DNA of 50,293 nucleotides from a virus. Lineage: Duplodnaviria > Caudoviricetes. The translations under genes were made by a program, and so were the position numbers. Of this stretch, positions 1 to 9,271 are shown piece after piece (position 1 is the first letter of the stretch; every line of letters starts with the position of its first letter). The stretch is taken from positions 1 through 50,293 of the IMG/VR virus record IMGVR_UViG_3300047409_000283, one strand, 5' to 3'. The notes beneath the pieces were generated by a model. It was not told the origin of the DNA. It worked only from the letters and a program-made list of their open reading frames with translations, and made no database searches.

Positions 1-163
1 TTGCTACCTCAGTGACGATCACGCCGACGACGACCGCGAACGGCGATTTGCTGCTGGTCTATGCCGCATCTGGCACAAACAATAGCTTCCAGTTTTACGG
101 CACCTATCCACAACAACTCGTTTCTGGAACCTCTGGCGGTTACGCCTCAGATTCGATGTTCTT
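1..163. repeat. Left copy of 163-bp terminal direct repeat (circular genome overlap)
   Basis: Identical to 50131-50293 except C37 vs T50167. Confidence 0.97.
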
Positions 164-1271
164 TGTCAATCTCGGACTCGCTGGGGCACAGTCTTACACT
201 CAGGTTTACAACACGATAGCCTCAGGCGGGCCAGTGGCAAAGTGGGCGGTCCTCGCCTTAGCCTTCAAGCCTTCTGCAATTTCTGTGACTTCCGACGCTC
301 TGCCGCATGGAGCCCAGGGTACGGCGTACAAAGCCTGCTTGTCAGGCGTCGGGGGTGCAGGTGCTTACACTTTTGCGGTTACCGGCCTTCCCGGCTGGGC
401 GTCGCTCAACACATCTACTGGTTGCATCACGGGAACGCCGAATGCGAACGGCACGACTGCCCTGAGCGCGACGGTGACAGACGGCACATTGACAAGCTCT
501 GCGCGATCTCTCAGTTTAGGAATCGGCTCATCATTTGGCACAATCACCCCGGTTCAGAACAACATCAATTCAGGAACATTCAGCAGCAACGTCACCAGCG
601 GCAATGTGATCTTGATGCAAAGCTGGGGGCCGGAGCAGTTTGGCTCTGACGTTTACGTTTGGTCAAGTGCAGGCCAAGGTGCGGTTAGTGATAGCCGAGG
701 GACAATATTTAAGCGCATTTTTCCTATCACCAAAGTACCGGGAACTGGGAACGGGGCGCCCAATGAACTCTATATCGGATGCCTAACTTCTTCTGGCGCT
801 AATACGGTCAGCATTCTTGGCAATACCCCAATAGCAGTTTCAGAATGGAGTGGCGCTCAATCAGTTGTAGATGATGGCACAAATGGAGCTTCGGCGGGAT
901 ATCCGTCAAGCCCGTTCAGTGTGACCACAGCCAACTATACGGCCCAAGTTGCGAACGAAACTCTCATCGCGACAGCCGCAGTCGGGAAATCGCTTCCGGG
1001 GGAAACCGCCGTCGTCAACGCACCGTTTACGACTCTCTATAGTGGAGCGATTGGGGGCACGTCGGAATTGTCTTTGCTTGGCTACGACCAAGTTACGACG
1101 GCAACGACATACACGGCAACAACTACAGTCACCGCAGCAGGCCAGTTCACAGGCAATGCCGTGGCTACCCAACTTGTTGGACTGCGTCAAGAAATCGCCG
1201 GTTTAGGCTGTGCTGGAACTATCCCACCTGTTGCGATTGCAGTACCACGTAAAAAAGGATGGGTATTTTGA
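1..1271 (+). CDS. 3' part of junction-spanning secreted virion-type protein with a putative Ig (He_PIG-like) domain; starts at 49710, about 563 aa in total
   Basis: ORF 12..1271 is in frame with ATG 49710 across the repeat; contains LPHGAQGTAY..LSGVGGAGAYTFAVTGLPGWASLNTSTGCITGTP, typical of He_PIG; Thr/Ser/Gly-rich. Confidence 0.85.
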   Translation, partial: ATSVTITPTTTANGDLLLVYAASGTNNSFQFYGTYPQQLVSGTSGGYASDSMFFVNLGLAGAQSYTQVYNTIASGGPVAKWAVLALAFKPSAISVTSDALPHGAQGTAYKACLSGVGGAGAYTFAVTGLPGWASLNTSTGCITGTPNANGTTALSATVTDGTLTSSARSLSLGIGSSFGTITPVQNNINSGTFSSNVTSGNVILMQSWGPEQFGSDVYVWSSAGQGAVSDSRGTIFKRIFPITKVPGTGNGAPNELYIGCLTSSGANTVSILGNTPIAVSEWSGAQSVVDDGTNGASAGYPSSPFSVTTANYTAQVANETLIATAAVGKSLPGETAVVNAPFTTLYSGAIGGTSELSLLGYDQVTTATTYTATTTVTAAGQFTGNAVATQLVGLRQEIAGLGCAGTIPPVAIAVPRKKGWVF

Positions 1272-2980
1272 TGCGACATAACAAACTGCTTATCCTTGTG
1301 TTGCTTTGGGCAACACTAACTACAGCACAGATGACCAGCGTCACTGCAACTGTCGTTGATCCCGCCGCGCAGCCTTACGCTAACGGGGTGTGGACAATTC
1401 AGTTCCATCCTAACGGTTTCGATCCTACGTTTTACAAACTCAACGGTGCGTCGTTTACACAGCAATACGCCGGAAGCTTCGACAACACCGGACTCTTAAC
1501 AGAGTCATTACCGGACAACTCAGTGATTACCCCTTCGGGATCGACGTGGGACTTCACGGTGTGCCCCAACGCATCAATGCCATGTACGACCATTAGCATT
1601 CCCGTGTCTGGCGTAAGCGAGGACGTCAGCACACAGATTAACACCGTGATCGCTGCGATTTCGATTAAACTTGATCCACAGCCCAATGCGCGTCCGTTGA
1701 CACGGGCGTACACCGACGCGGAAATCGCTAATCCCGTTCAGGCGGCGATGTATTACAATGTGACGGACAGTTGTATTCATAAGTACGACGGTACGACGTG
1801 GACTACAATCTGTGGTACCGGGGTTACGCCAGTGTTTACGTGTCCGGGTGCGATCAATGGAAGCGGAGCGTTTTTTACAAGTCCATCGTTGTTGGGTTGT
1901 GACAATTTAGTTTTGACGGATTTCTTGGGGCATCTTACGTCACAGTCGTGGACTGGCGTAGGGCCGCTGAACGGTGAGATGGCATTGACAACCATCGGGA
2001 TTACACCGTTAACAGCATTACCAGCTAATACGCTATCTATTATACCACCGAATGTAATCCCGACTCCGTACCGTACTAACTGGATGCCTGGGCCGTGCAC
2101 TGACGGTCAGGTGATTCAACAGCTTTCTCATGCTGTTGACGGTACCGGAACGATGAATATCTTCTTGAACTGTCTCACTCCCGGTGGTGGGGGAGGTGGC
2201 TCAATTACACTGGATACCAACGGTGTTGCTAACGCATCACAGGTGTTACTGAATCTAATCAACAGCGCGGCGACTAATGGTATCACACTTACAGTGACCA
2301 ACACCAGCGGTGGTATCGTGCAACTGGGTTTCACTGGAACTCTTAACAACTCTGGTCTTACGAATTCATCAGTGACATACAACGGTCAAACGGTCGCGCT
2401 CGGTGCGGCTGGGAACGTTAACGTCGGGGCGGCAACGCACTCGATTGCGCTGAATCAGGGTAATGGTAACGCCGTGACTGGTTTGGCAGCGGGAGCACAT
2501 CAAGTCGTAGTGGGCGTGGCCGGGGCTGACCCTGTTGCGAAAACGATGCCTGACTGTCAGGATACTGCTGGTAATCACTTGAACTTTACACAGTCTACGG
2601 ACACGTTTAACTGTGGTACGTCTGGTTATGTGTTACCGGGTCAGTACACTAAGTTACGCTGTGAAACAGGTTTAGGTGACGGTCTCAACGCGATGACCGC
2701 AGGAACGTATTTACAGTCGTTCTGTTACAACGATTCAGGCGTAACGTGGAATATCACGGGCTTGCGTTGTTTTACTGACAACAATGGTACATCGACGATG
2801 GCTGCAACCAACGGAGCCGGCACCGCGTTGTTGACGGGTGCTGTCACATGTACGACAGCTTTCGCGGCCGGAACCCAAAGCGCGACGACTACCATTGCCA
2901 ACGGTGATTTCATCAAGTTTACTTTTGTAGCTGACGCTACATCCAAGCAAACGACTTGGGTGGTGAGTATGACACAATGA
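1271..2980 (+). CDS. Secreted fibre-like/structural protein with signal peptide
   Basis: ATG overlaps upstream TGA (TGATG); MRHNKLLILVLLWATLTTA|Q signal peptide; Thr/Gly-rich, poly-Gly linker, many Cys. Confidence 0.75.
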   Translation: MRHNKLLILVLLWATLTTAQMTSVTATVVDPAAQPYANGVWTIQFHPNGFDPTFYKLNGASFTQQYAGSFDNTGLLTESLPDNSVITPSGSTWDFTVCPNASMPCTTISIPVSGVSEDVSTQINTVIAAISIKLDPQPNARPLTRAYTDAEIANPVQAAMYYNVTDSCIHKYDGTTWTTICGTGVTPVFTCPGAINGSGAFFTSPSLLGCDNLVLTDFLGHLTSQSWTGVGPLNGEMALTTIGITPLTALPANTLSIIPPNVIPTPYRTNWMPGPCTDGQVIQQLSHAVDGTGTMNIFLNCLTPGGGGGGSITLDTNGVANASQVLLNLINSAATNGITLTVTNTSGGIVQLGFTGTLNNSGLTNSSVTYNGQTVALGAAGNVNVGAATHSIALNQGNGNAVTGLAAGAHQVVVGVAGADPVAKTMPDCQDTAGNHLNFTQSTDTFNCGTSGYVLPGQYTKLRCETGLGDGLNAMTAGTYLQSFCYNDSGVTWNITGLRCFTDNNGTSTMAATNGAGTALLTGAVTCTTAFAAGTQSATTTIANGDFIKFTFVADATSKQTTWVVSMTQ

Positions 2981-5900
2981 GAAAAAATTACGTAACAACG
3001 CTACTGTTGACACTGACGCTTTGCATGATGTGTACAGCACAGACACCAACAATGCATGTCGTTGGTAAGTCAAAGGGTGTAGGACGAGCGAGCTTTAATG
3101 CCAGTCCGAATATCACCGTAACCTCACTTGTTGTAACACCAGTGAACCAACAACAGTTCGTTGGTTTTTCTGTGGGTTACACAGCGACGGTGAATCTATC
3201 AACGGGTGACACTGTTAACGTCACTCGATTTGCTACTTGGGTACCAAGCAATACCAACGTTGCGATTCTTGACACTCAAGTAGGAACGCAGAACATTAAG
3301 TGCATTTCGGCGGGGACTGTTATAGTTAAGGCTATCTATGGTGGATTAACTGATCAAGCATCACTGATGTGTAACTCTACGGTGCCACCGCCGCCGACAA
3401 TTCAGAGTGTCACACTCAGCCCGACGAATCCCAGTATTGCTGTGGGTACGTCACAGTTGTTCAGTGCCATTGGGCATTTCTCGGATGGGTCGAGTCAGGA
3501 CATTACATCGACGGCAACCTGGGCTACGTCTGATGCGACGATAGCTAAGAAGGGAGCTCTCGCAACGCAGCAAGATTTCGATTGCTTGAAGGCGGGAACA
3601 CCTGTTATTTCCGCGACGCAGAGCTCGTTTACTGGAACCACCAATTTGACGTGTGCTGCGGTACTCATCAGTGTTCACGTGACACCATTGACGTCGTCCA
3701 TTCTGGTTGCCAGTACACAGACCTATTTGGCGACGTGCGTTTTCAATGATGGGTCATCCAGTGATTGCACAACTCAAGCAACGTGGACTAGCTCTAATAC
3801 ATCAGTCGCGGTGATGACATTACCCCCCGTGTCACCAGAGCCAGCAACAGGGCTGACCGCTGGAACGGTAACAATCACTGCGACTATCGGAACTCTTTCT
3901 AGTAACACCACGCTAACGGTCAACAATCCCGGTCCGCCACCGCCGACGTTGGTTAGTGTCACGGTCAACCCAGTTAACCAAACCGTAAACGTGGGGAGCA
4001 CGCTGGATTACACCGCGACGTGCAACTATTCAGACGGCTCCACACAGGATTGCACCGCGGGTGCGACGTGGGCGTCAACCAGTCCGTCTGTAGCAACGAT
4101 TACATCGACGGGTGATCCGCGTACTGCGACTTGTTTGATAGCAGGTACGACCAGTTTGCACGCTACGTTTCAGGCTGTGTTGGGTACGACTAATCTGACG
4201 TGTCAAACACCCACACCAACCCTGTCTAGTATCGCTGTAACACCGGCTAATCAGACTGTAACGGTTGGATCGAAGATTAGTTACACGGCGACGTGTACTT
4301 ACTCGGATGGGTCAACGCAGAATTGCACACTGGCGTCACAGGGCACGACAACGGTGTGGACAAGCAACAACACCGGCGTTGCAACGATGGCCTCGCCGGC
4401 GACATCACCGGAGCCGGGTTCGTGTATTGCTGTAGGTGCTGTCACAGTGAAAGCACAAGTCAGTGCTACTTTTGGTACAACCACCCTGACATGTCAGAAT
4501 CCAACACAGCCCAATTTCGGAGTAGATGGTTACTGTCCGCCAACTAATATCCCGACGTGGGGCGTTAGTTATCACGGCGCGCTGTTTCCAACTACGTGTT
4601 ACAACACAGATCCATCTAGTACACCATCGACGGGCGCAGTACATGGGCCGGATTCGACGTTGGCTACAGTTCAAGCCGATCTCAATGCAGCAGCGTGCGG
4701 CGATGTAGTGGAGATCACCGCCGGTGTGACGTTGAGCGGAACTCTGATATGGCCAGCGAAGGTCTGCGACGCGTTGCATTATCTTACACTACGTGTACAT
4801 AACTTCGCGTCGGCGTTCCCGCCTTACGGCACGATACGTGGTGTCAGCCCATGTTATTGGGGTGTGGCGTCGTTACCAGGATATCCAGCGTTCAACTGCG
4901 TGCTGACGACAAATCGTGGGGTGACGATCCAATCAACGGGGACGAATTTCTCAATGCAAATGACCGGCCCCGCGGCGTTTGGTCGTATTGAAGGTATTAA
5001 ATTCACGCGCACGGCGGGTACTGGATTGGTGTCACGGATGATCAAATCCGAGATCCCCAACATGGATCACTTCGTTTTCGATAGTGATTGGTGCGCCAAC
5101 ACCGCGACGGATGAGATGCAGCGGTGTATGTTCTTTGATGGTTACAGCTACATCGCATGGGTGAATTTTCTTGTTACCGACATGCACTGTATCTCAATCT
5201 CAGGCCACTGCACCGCGAATCAAGGTTTCTCTGGTGGGCTGAACGGTTTCTCATCGACACCGGATCACACGTGGAAGATAGTCAATGGCTTCTTCACATC
5301 CGCCGATAATACGACAGTAGGTTGGGGCGGCGGTGGGGCTAACACCGTGCCATCAGACATTGAGATACGTCTAAACTGGGGTAAGAAATTGATGATCTGG
5401 AACCCCGGTTGCACCGTAGCTCTGTGTGGTGTCGCCTACAACGGAGGTGTCGGTGGTAATCCGTTTATCGCGAAGCAGTCGATGGAAACGAAGAACTCTG
5501 ACAAGATGTTCATTGAGGCCAATGTACTTGATGGCTCGTGGGCTGGGTTCTCGCAGGTCGGATCACATATACTGCTGACGCCCAAGAACCAAGCTATCAA
5601 CGGGAATAACATCTGTCCGTTGTGTTCGGTGACTAATAACATTATACGGTTCAACTTCCTGACGACGTCTAACAACTGTTTTCAAGTGGCTAACGTTGGA
5701 TCGGATGCAGGTGGCTACGCCGTTGCCGGAAACAGCTACGCGATTGATAACAATGTTTGTGAGAACACCAACTATCCAGGATGCTATAAGTGCTCAACGA
5801 ATTCGGGCGGAGCACTTGACGGTGGTGATCTGTCAGTTACGAGTCCGTTGTCTCCGGTGGGTTTCATCCTGCATGACGTCTTTGTGAACCACAACGCCTA

Positions 5901-6387
5901 CATTCCAAACGGTTCGGCGTTCAAGATGGGTGGATTGCTTGGTGTATCGGGTGGATTGGCATCCAACTCACGACAAATGTTTAACTTCACTTGGACCAAT
6001 AACATTGGGCCGAAAGAGGGTCTGGCTATAAATAATCCATCAGATGGCTGTTCACAGAAACCAACCACGAATTGTTATTGCGGTAACTCGACGCCGAAGG
6101 CGATTCTCGATGCCTGTTTTGGAACCACTGGTTATACATTCGGTGGTAACGCTTTTGTTGCTAATGGGACTACGTCGTGGCCTGGCTCGAATTGTACTGC
6201 TGAATTATCGCAGTCTAGTATTTACGTGAACTACAACAACGGTACTAACGGCCCGCAGAATGTACTGAACTATCGAGTAAAGACAACCAGTGCATGTCAC
6301 AACGCTGGTAATGATGGACTTGATCCAGGGCCAGATGTGACCACGTTGAACAATCGAATTTTCAGTGGTAAGGTGGCTCAATTTTAA
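2977..6387 (+). CDS. Secreted protein with five Big_2-like Ig repeats and a C-terminal probable right-handed beta-helix (glycan-binding or depolymerase-like)
   Basis: ATGA overlap; signal peptide MRKNYVTTLLLTLTLCMMCTA|Q; five repeats of SI.VTP....VG....YTATC.YSDGS.QDCT..ATW.S; Asn/Gly-rich C-terminal half. Confidence 0.8.
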   Translation: MRKNYVTTLLLTLTLCMMCTAQTPTMHVVGKSKGVGRASFNASPNITVTSLVVTPVNQQQFVGFSVGYTATVNLSTGDTVNVTRFATWVPSNTNVAILDTQVGTQNIKCISAGTVIVKAIYGGLTDQASLMCNSTVPPPPTIQSVTLSPTNPSIAVGTSQLFSAIGHFSDGSSQDITSTATWATSDATIAKKGALATQQDFDCLKAGTPVISATQSSFTGTTNLTCAAVLISVHVTPLTSSILVASTQTYLATCVFNDGSSSDCTTQATWTSSNTSVAVMTLPPVSPEPATGLTAGTVTITATIGTLSSNTTLTVNNPGPPPPTLVSVTVNPVNQTVNVGSTLDYTATCNYSDGSTQDCTAGATWASTSPSVATITSTGDPRTATCLIAGTTSLHATFQAVLGTTNLTCQTPTPTLSSIAVTPANQTVTVGSKISYTATCTYSDGSTQNCTLASQGTTTVWTSNNTGVATMASPATSPEPGSCIAVGAVTVKAQVSATFGTTTLTCQNPTQPNFGVDGYCPPTNIPTWGVSYHGALFPTTCYNTDPSSTPSTGAVHGPDSTLATVQADLNAAACGDVVEITAGVTLSGTLIWPAKVCDALHYLTLRVHNFASAFPPYGTIRGVSPCYWGVASLPGYPAFNCVLTTNRGVTIQSTGTNFSMQMTGPAAFGRIEGIKFTRTAGTGLVSRMIKSEIPNMDHFVFDSDWCANTATDEMQRCMFFDGYSYIAWVNFLVTDMHCISISGHCTANQGFSGGLNGFSSTPDHTWKIVNGFFTSADNTTVGWGGGGANTVPSDIEIRLNWGKKLMIWNPGCTVALCGVAYNGGVGGNPFIAKQSMETKNSDKMFIEANVLDGSWAGFSQVGSHILLTPKNQAINGNNICPLCSVTNNIIRFNFLTTSNNCFQVANVGSDAGGYAVAGNSYAIDNNVCENTNYPGCYKCSTNSGGALDGGDLSVTSPLSPVGFILHDVFVNHNAYIPNGSAFKMGGLLGVSGGLASNSRQMFNFTWTNNIGPKEGLAINNPSDGCSQKPTTNCYCGNSTPKAILDACFGTTGYTFGGNAFVANGTTSWPGSNCTAELSQSSIYVNYNNGTNGPQNVLNYRVKTTSACHNAGNDGLDPGPDVTTLNNRIFSGKVAQF

Positions 6388-6406
6388 GACCAATAAGGAG
6401 AGTAAG

Positions 6407-6715
6407 ATGGATGTTTTGCTGCACAGCGAGATCGCGCACTTCGTGGCATATTTCGGATTCATCGCGCTTGTGGGTGGAATGCCTGCTCCTAGTGCCACTA
6501 GCAGTACTGGATACAAGTGGGCTTTCAGTTCTCTTAACCTCTTTGCCGCTAATTTTGCTCGTGCTGCTGGGCCGAAGATTGAGAACTCTCCTAACTTCCA
6601 GGCTGCACTTAACATTCAACAGTCGGTAGCAGGTCAAGCGCCAACTGTAGTTGTACCATCCCCACCGGCTCCTTCGGCAGAGGACAAGTCAAATCTTCCG
6701 AATAAAGGCGACTGA
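6407..6715 (+). CDS. Small membrane protein, holin-like
   Basis: AAGGAG RBS; hydrophobic segment FVAYFGFIALVGG followed by MPAP..YKWAF..LNLFAAN. Confidence 0.5.
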   Translation: MDVLLHSEIAHFVAYFGFIALVGGMPAPSATSSTGYKWAFSSLNLFAANFARAAGPKIENSPNFQAALNIQQSVAGQAPTVVVPSPPAPSAEDKSNLPNKGD

Positions 6716-6719
6716 TTGT

Positions 6720-6941
6720 ATGGCTATCAGGGATCACTGGGACGCGATGATTGCAGGTGGCGCGGCGGTGTTCGTTGCGATATGGAACAATCGCAAAATT
6801 GAAGCTGTCCGACATGGCGTCAACGGTGCATTGGACAAATTGCTCCGGGCTAACACCATAGCGTCGTATGGTAAGGGTCAACAGCGCGAGCGCGAAGATC
6901 AGGCGAAGCGCGACGAATCACCAAAGAAAGGAGTCGAGTAG
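6720..6941 (+). CDS. Small single-TM membrane protein (lysis-associated candidate)
   Basis: AMIAGGAAVFVAIW hydrophobic stretch with charged C-terminus; fills the gap before the terminase; start uncertain. Confidence 0.5.
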   Translation: MAIRDHWDAMIAGGAAVFVAIWNNRKIEAVRHGVNGALDKLLRANTIASYGKGQQREREDQAKRDESPKKGVE

Positions 6942-8636
6942 TTGGAAGTCTTTACACCACTGCCGATCGCTGGGTTGCCGCCCGACAAGGCGTTACGTGC
7001 GCTGCGTCTGAACAGTCTTGGATCATTGTTCTATTTCATCAAGATTGGGCTGCGTCGACATCGTCTTACGGAAGGTCTGCATCTGCCGTTCTGTCGCACG
7101 CTGGAACGTGAACACATCAAAGATGTCATTGAGATGCCACGCGATCATTTCAAGTCAACATGTGCTAGCGAAGGTTTACCGATGTGGCGCACACTGCCGC
7201 TATCGCAGCAGGACTTGGATGAGTTTGCTGCGCTAGGGTACTCGAAAGAGTTTATTCGCTGGATACAACGTTCACACAATCCTGATTTACGTAACATCCT
7301 AGTAGCCGAGAATATCACGAACGCAGCGAAGCTGGGTCGACGCATCCGGTGGCACTTCGAAAGCAACGCGTTGTATCGCACGTTGTTTCCTGAGACGCTT
7401 CCTGATTCGTCGTCCACGTGGACTGATTTCTCGCTGCATACGAAGCGTCCGAGCGCCGGGATGGGCGGCGCGCATGGTGAGGGTACGTTTGACTTCATGG
7501 GCGTTGGAAGTGCACTGCAATCACGTCACTACAATGGTATGTGTATTCAAGACGACTTGGTTGGCCGTAAAGCGGTTGAGTCGCAGTCTATTATGGACAA
7601 GACGATTGAATACCATCAACTACTGGCGAACGCGACTGAGTCAGAAGACAACACATATGAGTGTGATGAGCTTGTAGTAGGCAATCGCTGGTCGTATAAC
7701 GACCTGAACTCGCATCTACGTGAGCACGAACCAGACTTTCGTTTTGAGTCCCACTCAGCAATGGGCGGCTGCTGTAACATACATCCAATTGACACACCAA
7801 TCTTTCCGGAGGAGTTCAGCTTTGAAAAGTTGGAGAAACGTCGTCGCCGTCTGGGCAGTTTTAACTATAGTTGTCAGTTTCTTAACAATCCTTCTGCACC
7901 AGAGAACGCCGATTTTAGAGTGGACTGGTTGCAGTATTTTAGTGTGGTGTACGATCCTGCTGGAAACGGTAAGTGGAAGATCGTCCACGAAGTGAAAGAT
8001 GGCATCGTGTTACCGGACATCAATCGGTCGGTGTTGAGCATCGCTATGACCGTTGATCCAAACCATTCGGGTAACGCTGCGATGGGACGGTGTCGTCACG
8101 CGATTGAGGTGCTAGCGCAGAGCGACAAAGGTAACTACTATTTGCTGGAGTCGTGGGCACAGGCCGCGTCGTATGATGCGTTCTACGCGAAGATCTTCGA
8201 GATCGCGACGAAGTGGGGTCTACATCGGATCGGCGTGGAAACGATTGCCGCGCAACGTTACATCAAACATCACCTGGAGTATCTGGCGACGCAGAAGGCG
8301 TTTCGTTTGCAGATTGATGAACTCAAGGGCGAGGTCGAGGCGCCAGACGGAACGCTATCGCGGCGTAAGGAATGGCGTATTCGCAACGTCATAGGCCCGA
8401 TCGCTGAGCGCGGCCAGTTGTTTGTACAACGACGACAGGTGGATTTCATCAATGAGTACCAAACATTTCCGAAAGGAAAGTACGTTGACCAGCTTGACGC
8501 TTTTGCGTATGCTCCGCAATTGGTACGTAAGCCGATAGATGAGGCAACGCATTACGACATGTTACAGGCGTATAACGACCGAATGAAAGAAGTCAGCAAA
8601 CCATACTCGTATGGTTATGGAGGTGCTCGTGCTTAA
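6942..8636 (+). CDS. terL: Terminase large subunit
   Basis: Walker A-like MPRDHFKST, Walker B CIQDD, coupling motif VVGNRW, RNase H-like nuclease TVDP...DQLDA; upstream of portal. Confidence 0.92.
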   Translation: MEVFTPLPIAGLPPDKALRALRLNSLGSLFYFIKIGLRRHRLTEGLHLPFCRTLEREHIKDVIEMPRDHFKSTCASEGLPMWRTLPLSQQDLDEFAALGYSKEFIRWIQRSHNPDLRNILVAENITNAAKLGRRIRWHFESNALYRTLFPETLPDSSSTWTDFSLHTKRPSAGMGGAHGEGTFDFMGVGSALQSRHYNGMCIQDDLVGRKAVESQSIMDKTIEYHQLLANATESEDNTYECDELVVGNRWSYNDLNSHLREHEPDFRFESHSAMGGCCNIHPIDTPIFPEEFSFEKLEKRRRRLGSFNYSCQFLNNPSAPENADFRVDWLQYFSVVYDPAGNGKWKIVHEVKDGIVLPDINRSVLSIAMTVDPNHSGNAAMGRCRHAIEVLAQSDKGNYYLLESWAQAASYDAFYAKIFEIATKWGLHRIGVETIAAQRYIKHHLEYLATQKAFRLQIDELKGEVEAPDGTLSRRKEWRIRNVIGPIAERGQLFVQRRQVDFINEYQTFPKGKYVDQLDAFAYAPQLVRKPIDEATHYDMLQAYNDRMKEVSKPYSYGYGGARA

Positions 8637-9063
8637 ACGTAAGACCACTGCTGCGTTGACCGTTATAGTGATTGCTTTGTCACTGTGCGGTTTTGGATGT
8701 CCACACGGAACACAGAATCTTGCGACAGCATCGGACGCGATTGCACACAGCTTGGTGAACGCGCAAGCTGCTGCTCGGCAAGCTGAAATGCAAGGTGTTA
8801 TCTCAAAGGAGGATGAACAACAGTTTGAGATGTTCGTTGTCAAGGTGGCACAGGCTGGGCTTGCGCTTGACAAAGGCATCCGCGCGAATGAGTCCGCAAC
8901 AACGTTGTCAACGAAAGTCAACTCGTTCCTGGACGCCTTCAATCAACTCAACACCACCGGGTTGTTGTTTGTTAAAGACCCCAACCTGAGGGTAACGATC
9001 TCTACGATCATAACAGGCGCTGAGACTTCTGTAGCCATCATCGCCGCGACTGTGGGGAAATGA
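8629..9063 (+). CDS. Putative lipoprotein
   Basis: GGAGG RBS before GTG; basic N-terminus KRK, hydrophobic core, then LCGFG|C lipobox-like site; helical mature part. Confidence 0.6.
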   Translation: MLKRKTTAALTVIVIALSLCGFGCPHGTQNLATASDAIAHSLVNAQAAARQAEMQGVISKEDEQQFEMFVVKVAQAGLALDKGIRANESATTLSTKVNSFLDAFNQLNTTGLLFVKDPNLRVTISTIITGAETSVAIIAATVGK

Positions 9064-9064
9064 C

Positions 9065-9271
9065 ATGGATCCAAAAACAGTACAACTCATTCTGTTCGCG
9101 GAGCAAATGGCGTCGTTAGCGGCTAAGACCATCATGGATCTACGCACGGTGCTCTCGAACTCAAACACGAAAACCGTCGATGAGATCCTTGACGACGCCG
9201 ATGCAACGTATCAACAAATCATCGCTGATGCGCAGAATCCTCCACCGTCACAACCGCCAACGAAGGGCTAA
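9065..9271 (+). CDS. Hypothetical small helical protein
   Basis: Tightly packed between lipoprotein and portal genes. Confidence 0.6.
   Translation: MDPKTVQLILFAEQMASLAAKTIMDLRTVLSNSNTKTVDEILDDADATYQQIIADAQNPPPSQPPTKG

Noticed and set aside
3100-4500. Tandem DNA repeats
   Set aside because: Repetition is at protein level (Ig domains) with diverged nucleotide sequence
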